A stretch of 64,000 bases of DNA from Raillietiella orientalis (taxonomy: Eukaryota). Both the position numbers and the translations under genes were made by a program. Below are positions 48,032 to 60,000 of this stretch, in pieces. Location of the stretch: contig JAYWIR010000007.1 of assembly GCA_036172245.1 (NCBI GenBank), forward strand, positions 3,348,001 through 3,412,000. The letters run 5' to 3'. The notes beneath the pieces were generated by a model that saw nothing but the letters and a program-made list of their open reading frames with translations, did no database searches and had not been told where the DNA came from. Position 1 is the first letter of the stretch. Every line of letters begins with the position of its first letter.

Positions 48032-49636
48032 TCTTGATTCGCTGTCGTGATGTAACGGGTTCAAAACAAAGTAGAAGGGAAAAAAAGCCGAATCAAGGAG
48101 GAAGTAAAAATCTGCCTCTTTCCAAAAGTACAACGTATTTCGAATCACATATTTTGATTAATTGCTTGTATGACAATGTGACAACGAGACGGTGAATCTA
48201 AACAACGGAATCCACGACCGAGTGAAATCAGAGCAGCGATCAGCGACGTTGTGCACACAGTAAAGTCACTGAATCGGGAGCAAAAACCAAAAAGTAGTTT
48301 TCTGCTAAGATGACGCAGTGATCATTATTTCTTCTTACGAATAAGGGACAAACTTGCTAAACAATAAGAACTCATTGAATATACTCCGAAAAATTACTTC
48401 AAAAAGATTGGGGTATTGAGGTTTATAGCAGAGATCGGAAACTGTCGGAATGAATGGAATAGAAATTAGCCATTCTGATAGCTAGACACAGTTCCTTATT
48501 GACGATAAGATTTTACAAAAAAACAGAACGCTGATTTCAAGTTCACTCTACTCCAAACAGCATTCATATAACTTTTATGCACCTAGGAATGTGGTCTTAT
48601 TTTTCTCCACTTATATTGTAGAAAACGAACGAAAGCAATCTTCCTCAGAAAAAATTACAATAACACTTTCAGTAAGGCTTCTTGAACTCGAATAAAAATG
48701 ATCAGTCTCCTGAACTAGACAGCTACATTTATCTAAGCACATAATAACATCGAGATGAGATAGGATAGATAAAAAAAGAAAAAAAACAGTGAGTCTTATG
48801 CTTTTACCGAGCACTCTTTTTTTTTTTTATAATCTATCCTAAGACTCTCCTTTAGATCCATGTTATAAATGAATTAAGATCTTCAGAAATAGCTTTGGGA
48901 ACTTGAAACTAAACTAAAAAGTCGTCATTAATACAGACTGACTAAATCAACAGGTACGGATGTAGAAATTGAATTCTTCTGAAAACATAAGCTAAGTACA
49001 TAAAATCTAGCAAGGAAAATCCATGAGTCAAAGAGTAATATTCAATCCATGAGTTAAAGTTTTCGATATTCAAACTTTTGCAATATTCATAGCAAAATTT
49101 CTTTTCATATCTTCACAGTCTTTTCCCAATACTGGAAAACTGCATGACTATAATTTCAATCACTGTTCTGGAACGGTAACGTGTCTGTAAAAAATATTTT
49201 CCTTGTAAATAACAGAAAACACGCCTGATAATTTCTCACATTTTCTTTTGTTTTGTTTTTTAATCAATTTTAGTGAAATGCTCCACGCTATTCTGCTGAA
49301 ATTTAGAACTGTATTTACGTGCTCAATTTGGATCTCCATATAAAATTTGCACTGATCGTTACTAAAAAAAAAAGCAAGATTTTGAACTCATTTATTTATT
49401 TATAATTTATGTATCATATTCATAATTGAACTGACATCGAAGTACATTATTTACTTCATAAACTCTCATACAATCCTATGGTGACGTGAAAATGCACAGA
49501 TCTACTGAGGCAAGCTAGCAACCCTTGCTAGCCGATAGTGTCGCTGTGTTACATCGAAATTGCTCGAGTGAATAAATTTGTGGCTGTATTTGGCAATCGA
49601 TCGTATTGTGATTCCGGAAAATTGTGATCGATTCGT

Positions 49637-50822
49637 ATGTCAATTCAGAATTTGAATACGTTTGGTAAGTGTTTTGATCGAATTATTTTTTGTGTTTGAA
49701 AAGGCGAATGCATCAGTTGGTGATCTCTATTTTAACCCGTTTATTTCGGTAGCTTGTCTTTTACGCAGTTTCGGGGGAAAATCTGCGAAACTTTTACAGA
49801 GATGCAAAATTCCAACTGGTAACTAGACGCACTTCCCTTTACTTTGTAGTCTTCCTCAAATGAAGAGTATTTAGTATTTGAAAAAACGATGAACCTTTTA
49901 GAAATAGAGTGTAATGCATGCTGTAAACCATGCATCGAAAATAAGTTTCTATTTTATGTGATTTTAACTTGAAATGTAAGCTTTAACATACTGTTTCCAG
50001 CGCCATCTTCACATTGGGCTATATGGTAGCATGAATACATAGGTGCTCCGTACCCATTGCAAATGACACTTATTTTTATCATTTAGCACACAATAGTAGT
50101 GAAGTGCATACTTCAGTTTGAATGTGCCACTATCTGTTCGAATTTACTACATAATTAGCATGCTTAAGAAACAAAACTAATGTTCTGTTGAATTTTTCCT
50201 GCCTTTACTAAACGTATGCACAGAGTTTGTGTTGGTAGTTCACTGACAAACATGGAAAGTCTCACCTTTTTAGTTCCAAGTGTTATGCTACGTAGATGCT
50301 TAAGCAATTTGCTATATTGCATGATAAGAGAGACTTTGCTTTATTGACTTAAATCTTATTGCATAATCAATAAAGGAAGTGAGACAAAAGCTTCAATTCT
50401 TTGAGCTGGGTTCATGTAAACTTCAAACAAGTTTAACAAGACTTATGTTACTGCACAAAATAACCACTTGTTTTGCAGATCCCTTTGCTGATGGGACAGA
50501 AGAAGGTGTCCAAGATGGATTGGTTCACATCAGGATTCAGCAGCGCAATGGTAGAAAAACTCTAACCACTGTGCAAGGTTTATCAGTAGATTATGATTTA
50601 AAGAAAATTGTACGAGCTTGCAAAAAGGTAATTCGTACAAACTTAAGTATGCATTCTAAACCTCGAATTACACAGGAATTTGCATGCAATGGTACAGTAG
50701 TGGAGCATCCAGAGTATGGTGAAGTACTGCAGATGCAGGGGGATCAGCGAGAGAACATCTGCCAATTTTTGACTAAAGTTGGGCTGGTTAAGGCATCTCA
50801 GATCAAGGTGCATGGATTTTAG
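49637..50822 (+). CDS. eIF1: Eukaryotic translation initiation factor 1 (SUI1), 107 aa, 3 exons
   Basis: Exons 49637-49664, 50479-50627 and 50676-50822, GT-AG. Protein: MSIQNLNTFDPFADGTEEGVQDGLVHIRIQQRNGRKTLTTVQGLSVDYDLKKIVRACKKEFACNGTVVEHPEYGEVLQMQGDQRENICQFLTKVGLVKASQIKVHGF. Confidence 0.97.
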
Positions 50823-50965
50823 AGCAAAATGAATTATTTATTGGCACTATTAATATCATCACATGTTTATGCCATCTAAAATGTAAAGTGGGAGTGGGAA
50901 GGAGCATTTTTGTATGGAATATCAATAGCAAAATCTCCAGCAACTGGCTTCTGTAAAGGTGCTAG

Positions 50966-52403
50966 TTAACGACTCAAGTGTGACTCCTTGCAAACAGCAT
51001 GAACCAGTTCGTGGTTTATTAAGAAAAGAAAACTTATTCCTGCCACCTGAAAAGAAGGATGCATTCTTTGCTCATATTTTTGCATGCCACCTCCTTACTT
51101 CTAGCAAGGAGCCTGAACTTAACAAATATTCTTCATTGAAAAGTAAGGGTCGACCATCAACAAAAATAGGATGTTGGCCCAGATTGGTGATGTGGAACAT
51201 TCCCTGGGAAATAAGATATATGCGTCCCTGCAGACGACTAATCTTTGAGGAGGATTTCTCCAGTGACAGATCAATGTCTATTTTCTGATCTTTTGCTAAT
51301 CTCCCGAAAGTTACCTGGTTTTTTCCTTTCTTTCAGAAAACTTTCAAGTTTCTACTAACCTCTTTAGAACGCATCAAGTATCTTACTTGCTGACCTCGAA
51401 GAATGGCCAAAGTCTGACTATCCAGTTCAGCTTGTACAATATTTGTGCAAGTTGCTAAATGTTGCCACCGAACTAACTGCTTTTCTAAAAACCATATCGC
51501 TTGTTTATTATTATATCCTGATTGTTGCAGATCTTCTTGGAGTACATCATCTTCTGATCCTATATCACTAAGTTCTTCCTCCATTTCAGAAAAGGTGGCC
51601 AAATCAGAATGTGTTTCCAGCAACTGTTGACTTTGCATACTTCGTTTCAGTCCTCTGTCTGTGCGTCCTGCCAAAAACACATCAGGATATTTCCAGAGAA
51701 GCTGGGAAAAGAATTCCAAAGAAAAACTGCTTCCATGAAACTCTTTGGCTAATAGTTGCTCCTCAGCAACACTGAAGGGAACTCGGTTATATACAGCCAT
51801 AACAGCTGTCTTTGGTAAAGAATAAATTGCATGACGAGTAGTCTCCACAGCAGACTGATTGTATAATAGAGTACGCCAACGCTGTTCTAGCTCAGTCAGT
51901 GTAACTTCACAAGAAAAGCATACTCTCTGGTGCACTTTTTCCAATGTACCCAACTAGAAACTACTGTGTTATGATAAAGATATAAAACATTAATACTTGC
52001 AAAACTGCTAAAGCAAGCATCAAGTCATCTGTGGGTTGCCACTTTGATACATCATCGTGCAGCAGGCTTTTGCTTGGAAATCTGGTTTTTCTGTTTACTA
52101 CAATAGATCGCAAATTACTGATATTTTAAACAAGAAACAGTACTGCAAGTATATGCCTACCACGTTCACTACTTGAAGTACTCCTACGTTGCACTTTGGG
52201 ACTCGGTTGAGAATCTATAACTTCGTCTGCAAATTTTTTTCTTTTAATGCAGCGTGTACTGTAACATAGTCTTTTACAAACTCATTCAAACGGCAGTACA
52301 TTTAAGGAATTAATTTTGAGAAGGAATTACAAGATTTGAAAAATTTGTGAAACATTAGACCAATGTAAGCATGAAGCAGATATAAATACCTTCTTCTTTC
52401 CAT
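50966..52403 (-). CDS. MCRS1: Microspherule protein 1 (MCRS1/Rcd5-like; MCRS_N plus FHA domain), 367 aa, 6 exons
   Basis: Exons 52403-52390, 52258-52161, 52097-51997, 51953-51360, 51314-51099 and 51046-50966, GT-AG and in phase. Motifs RCIKRKKFADE, KWQPTDDLML, TLAILRGQQVRYLMRSKEVTFGR, IDIDLSLE and KISRLQG match MCRS1. Confidence 0.92.
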
Positions 52404-54129
52404 TACGTTATTTAGCTTATGTTATCCATGCAGAATTACTTTTAACTAAGCAGAGCATTCTAATATTGCTTGCTTTGTAAGAACTAGTAGGAAAACCGGG
52501 CCATGTACATACTAACGATACAGATCTGAAGGGCGTACACGTACTGCTACGTTTCCATTGCATTGTAGCTCCCATGCGACATGGCCAACTTAACGATTAC
52601 GGTACTGATGCGTCAGCGAAAAGAACTGTTACTTTCGTACGCCCTTCCGAAATGGTTGCAATGAAGTGGCATTCATAGTCCTTCTGAATTCAAAGACTTT
52701 CTCGCCTTATGGATTTTTTTTTTTTTTTTACAAACTATTCATGTGATAATGCATGCTGAAGAAAATTCTTCGATTGGTAACAGAGTTTAAAAACCTGAAA
52801 AATACACCTGCGAATTATCCGAGCTCACTTTCCGTATGTCGTGAACTCCCACGTTTCGGACGTGAGGTAGGTGCCGTTTCAAAGAACTGAGATCAAAACC
52901 CAACGACTTTGCTCCAGTTTACCATTACTGCTTAAAGAACGGCAAGTGAATACAAGCTGAACATTACACACTTGAATATTCTGAAGATTGTTTTTCAAAA
53001 ACGAAGCATTCTCAGTTGACCTACACTTGAATAACCTCAAAACGCATTCTGAACTTCGTTGAAACCCCATATACTTCCAAGCGCGCACAAATGAAGCCTT
53101 CGTTAAATGGTTGCAGTTTTTTTTTTCTATAATAATCACATATGCTTCATGAATATATTAGTTTGTTAGTTTACAAAGGAAATGAAAGAAAACATATGTA
53201 CTCAATCGCGCTTTTACCCAGGAATATTCTCATTTCTTGAAGCAAAAGCGCCTCTTGCGTTCCTTTTTGTCTCATAAGTTTTTTCAATTCAAACAAAACT
53301 TCAAACTCCTGTTCTTTGTCAACTAAATTGATGTAGCCAACGCGTTGCTTGCTTCTCCGAAAAGACGCTTACAACTGCCTATGATTTCGGCACCTACGAT
53401 TTGCTTCAGAAGGCGGTTTCATATTCGATAACTAAATCTTCCTGAAGAATAAAAAGTAGCTGCATTTTATCCTTGCTGTTGCAACCTACGTCTACACTCG
53501 ACATTTCCTTTAAGGGCAAAATCTGTTCGCAAATCAGAAGCTCTCCGAATCTGTGATATCGTCAACGATTTTTCTAATGAGTAAATCAAAACACTGGTTA
53601 TTCGAGCACCTCTGGAGAGAAAGGAATCTAAATTAACACTTGGCCACCCGGAATAGACTTATACAGCAAGGTAATCCTGAGTACGCTTTCTCAAATTCTT
53701 CTAACCAATTATTACTATACCCCCCCAACGTTAATTCCTATTCTGGGAGCGTCGCATGTACTTCATTTTATGCCATAGGTTGAATTTCAGTTACAGAAAG
53801 GTTAATACTAACGTAATATCCATACTTCCTTAACTCAAATTCTAACATACAGGCTAGCACTAGTTTAGGCACTTATGACATTTACAGTACCTATGAATAG
53901 CACTCATTGCGATTATTAAATGTAGTATATAAGGCTATCACGTAAGATTGAATACGGCAAAATCCAGTAACTCTGCTTTTCATTAACCAGGTTCATTGAA
54001 GTTAATGCCATGTCGGAAAAATTCTTTTTTCCATATTTCTGTGTGAATGCCCTCTCTCTATATACATACATATATATGCACATATATATAGAGAGAGAGA
54101 ATGGAATTCTATATTGTTATTGTATTGTT

Positions 54130-54300
54130 GTTATCTCTGACTATATCATTGTATGTGTATCATTATCTCCATGGAGAATACCATGTATACACACAAAGAG
54201 AGAATAGAATTTTATACCTATATCTGCATATACATCTATACATATATGGTATTCTCCCTGGAGATAATGATATACATAGAATGATAAAGCCAGGGATAAC
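54130..54300. repeat. Imperfect inverted repeat (59-bp arms, 53-nt spacer) in an AT-rich, MITE-like segment
   Basis: 54130-54188 (GTTATCTCTGACTATATCATTGTATGTGTATCATTATCTCCATGGAGAATACCATGTAT) matches the reverse complement of 54242-54300 with 7 mismatches. Confidence 0.9.
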
Positions 54301-54399
54301 ATTAGCTATAATCACCAGCATAATTGCAGCAATGATACAAACAATACAGTGAATGAATGTACATGTAAATTAACCTCATAATACAAAAATTTAAACACA

Positions 54400-55908
54400 T
54401 CATTTAGTGATGTCAAGGTAGTTCTGAATCACAGACTGAACAATCTTCAATGGAATATCTACTGTCTGGTCATCACAAAGCACGACATCATAAAGGCTGG
54501 AAAATATATCTAGTCTCTCTTCCACCTGGCAAGAAACATTCCACAGATTATCAAACTCTATACAAATGGTAAGTTTGCCTTATAATTCAGGAAACCAATC
54601 TTTAGTAGATTCTGAATGTCTGGAATATCTTGAGACATCTGCACATCACCCTCACAATCTCCTAGAAGAAGAACATTGTGACGCTTCTCCAACTGATTGA
54701 AGTACCACTGTGTGCTATCAGAGCTTGACTTCTTATTGAACATATGAATGATCGTATCCTGAAAACCTGATAAATAACCCTGGAAAACAAAACTCTGAAC
54801 CAAGAAAAATGAAAATCCCACTTCTTTGTTAAAACGCATGAAATTGGAAACAATATGGACGTTAGGATGCAATATTTTATTCTGAATAAGCACTTCTTTA
54901 ATGATGTCTCCAATACCAGCTGAAAAGACAAGGATAGGTACTTGCTCCTGATATAGCAGATTAAACAATTCATGAGTTCCATCCCTAATGATTACATGTA
55001 GTTAATTGGCAAGTAATCAGTTTACCTCATACCTTAGTTGGATAGAAGATTCGGAAACAAGAGTTGCAATTTGCTCTTGTCTCAAGACGCTTTTAACCAG
55101 ATTATCATGTGCCTTGGTATACCATTCCAGCATGAAAGGGATTTTGTCACTTTCTTCCATGTGTGGATCCACTTCAATTGCATGATATTTTTCATACATA
55201 ACCGCAGCCTCTTTCCTGTATGCAGCAAGCAGAGTATGATGCTCCAAGGCACCTATGGGTAAAAATAACAAATAAAAAGATGAAAACGAAAATTCCGAAT
55301 ATAAATTGCCTCCTATTTAATATTTCTGCTTCGTTTGCTGCCTCAACAGAAGTGAAGTTAAGCACTGATACTTTCTTGTTAATCTCCGGTTTAATACTTT
55401 GAGCAAATACACCAAGTACAAAGCGATATAAATCTGTATTCCACATGGCAACTGCTACTTTATACGCAAAGCTGCACCTTTGCTTTGCGTTCAAAACATG
55501 ATTTAGTTATACTTCGGGGCTGGATGCCTTATCAGTTTCAAACTGACAGTAATCTTAATTTCAAACTTTGTATGCACAAACTAGTTTCAGATACACCAAA
55601 AATGATATAAATCGTGTAAATGTGCACTATTAATGATGAAAGGATCAATTGCAACGTTTGAGACATATCTGCGAACGACTCATACACTACTCATAAAATA
55701 AAAAAATGACAATTATAAGCAATTTTTCCTTACCCCAGCTACTAGTCAACGGTACCCCGTTCGCATGGGTTTTCGTTAACGTCCGGTCAAAATCGGTAAC
55801 CACTTGCAATTTTAGGGGTCCTTGACCTAGAATGTTTCCCAAAATTTCGCCTACTTTCTTCTCATCTTTAATGAACACCTTGGAGGAATGAGATTTTAAT
55901 GACAGCAT
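54400..55908 (-). CDS. NT5C3: Cytosolic 5'-nucleotidase III family (NT5C3/cN-IIIB-like HAD hydrolase), ~294 aa, 5 exons
   Basis: Exons 55908-55734, 55252-55033, 54984-54822, 54779-54579 and 54525-54400. Motifs LQVVTDFDRTLT, KIPFMLEWY, VPILVFSAGIGD, IVSNFMRF, NVLLLGD, LKIGFLN and YDVVLCDD. The start codon and last donor (GC) are inferred. Confidence 0.92.
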
Positions 55909-56239
55909 TATTGTTCTTCGAGCATGTGGCACTACACTTCATCAGAGAAACGCTACACCTCTTGCGGCGGGGACGTCCTCATCCCGTTTCAGACGCCAGT
56001 CATCAAGCCAAGACTTTTCAGGTCATCCAGGAACACAAACGCAGCAGTCCAAATTTAGCATCCGAGGTTCACTCAAAAATGATTTTACATCATTCATAAG
56101 CAGCCAGGCAAATAATAAATTGTTGCATTTTGTAAATAAGAGTACTATGGATAGAGCATCAAATTGCATGGAAATGCATTGGATACAAAATACAAATTTA
56201 TTTAGCATTTGTGGATTAATACAAAAACTGTTGCTGGAA

Positions 56240-57082
56240 TGACTGTGAAGAATCTTTAGCGAATGATGTTTCCACCGGTTTTCTTCACGGTTCCTCGGTG
56301 CTCTCTTCCTGGGTGAGAGCATGGTCCAGATCATTTGGTTGGGCTGCATTTTTTTCTTTCTTACATGTGTTGCATAGATGCTACTTGAGAAGAGGATGCA
56401 GGTGGCTACCATCCTCTGCCGTAGCCTTATCAGCTTCTTCTTCCGAATTCCTAGGTATTGCAGAACGTTGTCGTTTTCAGGATCCCATGCTCCAAGTGGG
56501 CCGATCAGGATCGCCTGCACTTTGGTTATTTGAGTTGCATGGCGGCATCATGGAATCTGGCCTCCTTTATTTTCCTAGATGTGGTGAACGCCTCCTTTCC
56601 GTTTTCAAATGGGCAGGAGATGTTCAGCACACGTATTCGATCGCTTTTCTCTAAAACCAGGTCTGGTTTTAGGGTGGAGGTGGGTTCCTGGCACTCTGCG
56701 ATCGCTTGATACCAGAGTCCACTTGGCTTCCTCCGTTGCGGCCTTCTTGATGATTTCCAGGAGAGCATCATGGCGCTGCATGGATCGTCAGAGGCGCGTG
56801 CTTTTTACATCTGTTGAGCACGTGTGATAAAGTCTCGTGCTCTGTTCCGCAACGCCGACATGTCCTTTCATGGACCTTCTTCGTTGGTCCAGCGTTTAGT
56901 GGCAGAAGGTTCAGTCTTGCCGCATGGATGAACCTGTGGTCTTGGTATCTTAGGTGGATTCCGTTTGTATGGAAGAAGCTTGAAGACTGATGCATGTTTA
57001 CACACTGCATGGCCTTTCCTTGACTAACGTGGTTTTCAATGAGGGATTGCCATGAGTGTTCTCGCTGCAATGCTCGATGCTC
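56240..57082 (-). mobile_element. 5'-truncated RLE-type non-LTR retrotransposon (NeSL/Utopia-like), frameshifted
   Basis: SQGK, RFIHAARLNLLPLNA, CRRCGTEHETLSHVLNRC (CCHC), LKPDLVLEK...NISCPFENG (PD-(D/E)xK endonuclease) and LIGPLGAWDPEND, across three frames. Confidence 0.88.
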
Positions 57083-60000
57083 TTCCAGCAACAGTTTTTG
57101 TATTAATCCAAAATGCTAAATAAATTTCTGTTTTCAATGTATTCTATGTTCGGCAGACAATGCTTTCCGTGACACGTTTATATAATACATGCAGTTGTTG
57201 CATCCTGTTCAAAGTAGCTTCAAATGCATTGGATACAAAATACAAAAAGTAAGCAATACTGGAAGTTGACTTTCGTAGAATAGAATTTTGCACTGTTGCT
57301 CAGAGAATAAAACGAATAATGGATTTTCCTTTCCCTCAGATTCTGAATGACGTTGCCTATAGCTAAAATCATCTGTGTAATACTCCCATGTATCATGTAT
57401 CACCCAATTTACCCCTGAATCTGATTTTACTTGTTATGCATATAAATGAATAGCACATAACATGTCTGCAGTTTTATAAAAAGTAGACTGCAAGATATGT
57501 TCACTCATTTAACATTTGATGCAAAATTGTCTTTGTGGTATGCAATGATTCTCGAAACCACAAGCATGTTCACCTGATGGAGCACTTGGATTTTAGAACT
57601 GATGATCTATGTATAAGACAAACAATTCGTGTAAGTTAACATGGATATAAGATGTAAGATCACAGGCTGTTCTACCTGATAAGCGTCTTTGTTGTACATT
57701 GGTGCACTTCTTCATTTTGTGGAAGTAGTTTTCTTAATTCCTTGCCTCGGTTATAACTAAAAATATGCGAGACAAATTGCTGTAACTTAAACTGGTTGCA
57801 ACTGTTCGGCTAAGCGTTTTGGAATGTGAAGCATTCTGTTTCATTTTTGCAAAGAAACAAAAATTTTCTCTCTGTTAGTAGAAGCATGGATCTGAACATA
57901 ATCTCCAGACACAGATTTCAGCGTACTTTTAAACGTTCCTCCCCATTCATCAGTCTGTTTTCCATCAAATACCCTTCCTGTAAACAAGAATTGCCAGCGC
58001 TCCTCAGTAAATGAGCGGGCTTTGGGTTTTCTCGGATGATTTTGCGAGAATCCATATTTGCAAAAGGCTGTTTTCAATCATTCATGTATCCCTTTTCGAT
58101 ATTCAAGGATACGATCTTAGAAAATATTCCTCTTTCTGTGGTTTGACATCCGATGGGTTGTTCATATGAATTAAATACAGAGAACTCCACCTCTTTCTCG
58201 TTTGGATTGCAACCCGTGTGTTTATGAAAAATTCTTTTTGAGTACCTTTTCTAAACGAATTACCTCGTTATCATAAATATTTCTGTTAGATCTGTTCTTT
58301 ACTTTTGCATTTGCCTTTTCTTTGCTTTCGTTTAGTAATGACGGCACAATCAACAACGAAGTTTTTCTGTCACATTCCCTTCACATTTTCGTATTGATGC
58401 TCGTAGTGTCGAGTTAGATTCATTCCATTGAGAGAATTCACTCATAGAATCACCTGTATGATGAGATGTAGATATGTATTTCGTTCTTGGTCTTTTCATT
58501 TATTGGTTTGCACCCTTGAAAAGAAAATTTAGGATGATTTCACGAATTATCCCGTTCTTAATAGTGTACATTCCATTCTTTAGGATAACTTGCTGCACCT
58601 GTATTACTTAAGACTTGGAAATTTTTAACTATAATTATTTGCTTTACCTTGAAACCATACCGAATTTGACTAATGAGGAGGCAGATTTACTGTTTCAAAA
58701 ATTGGGAATGAAAGTTGTTTCAATGTCTTACAATTTCTAGAGCTGCCACAGCCGTAGAACATGGTCAGGAAGCAGCAGGGCATTTTCTCAGTTGCGTAGA
58801 GGTAATCAGAGCACACGATCCAGTTCACACTTTCCCGTGAATTTTGGCTGTTGCGAGCTGCAATGTACATTTTAAGCAGAGTACAGCCGATCTAGCAGCA
58901 AGGTGCCCATAGCACTGAATTCTGCATCCACTATGGATGCTTTGTATTCAGATGCATTTTTTTACGCAAACTGCCGAGTAAAAGAACTAATGTACTGACT
59001 CAGTAAAACTCATGTCGACTCATGTCATGCTCTATAATAGTGTGCTCCATCCGAATTCAGTTCTGGTATGATTTCCACAATTTTGCAGCCATCATAGAAA
59101 GCACTCCTTCTTTCTAATATTCGGGAAGACTTTAGCTACTAACCAGATGGTTTTGCAGTGAATCCATCCTCGATAAAATGGTAACTCGTTTTAATGGTAA
59201 GTCCAGGTGATTGGCTCTATCAGCCATTTGGGGGAAGACATGTGGTCAGTCAAACTCTTCGTGTCTTGGTCATCTGCGTGTAGCTTGATTAAGAAGAAAA
59301 CTTGTAGTATAAGATCTTCAGGCAAGAATTCCCTTTTGTGAACGGTTGGCGGTTGGCGCACGGTCTCCGGTCCGCATCCAGAACTCTCCCGGAACGGACA
59401 CAAGCACAACAACAACGCACGCGCGGGTCTGGCTCCCCCGGTCCAGAATGGGGGTGGCAACAGCGCCAAACGAGGCGTTCGGAACATTAGTTCTCCTCCT
59501 TTCCCTCTCCGACGTCTCCTCTCGGCGCTACTCCGGACGGCGGCTCTAGACCGGGAGGAGGGGAAGTGAAACCTTGGGTCTGTCAGAAAGGAGGAGGGGG
59601 AAGAGCAGGAAAGGGCACGGACGCAGGGGTGCTGCACTCGTCTGCCTCCGGGATTCTCCTGCGGGAGTTCCGGAGGACAGGAGCCGGTGGGAGCGTGTGG
59701 GAGGGGGGCGTGCGACAAGAATCTCTGCCGCGTAGCTCCCGGGAAGACGCGGAAGAGAGGAAGTCGGGATGGTCTCTGAGCTTCCTCCTCCTGGAGAGCA
59801 AGGAGGTGGGAAAAGGAGGGAAGAATGCTCCCCACCCCAATTACCCGGCGAGCAGTAGGCAAAATAGCGGCACTACGGCGGCGGATTGCTCCGCATCCTC
59901 GCTTGCCTGGTGCGCCGGCTCGCTTCCGCGAGGCAAGGCCGCGAACCCTGAGCTTGTCAAGGGCGCGTGAGGGCGGCTATACAAGGCCGCGTGGGTGCTG

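Noticed and set aside
50379..50478. N-terminal extension of eIF1 suggested by the ORF track
   Set aside because: It is intron 1 sequence; the true first exon is 49637-49664.
55500..55680. Possible tRNA or snoRNA in NT5C3 intron 1 (TCAGTTTCAAACTGA, ATGATGA)
   Set aside because: No cloverleaf or T-arm, the C-box-like motif is antisense to the host gene, and no matching D box is visible.
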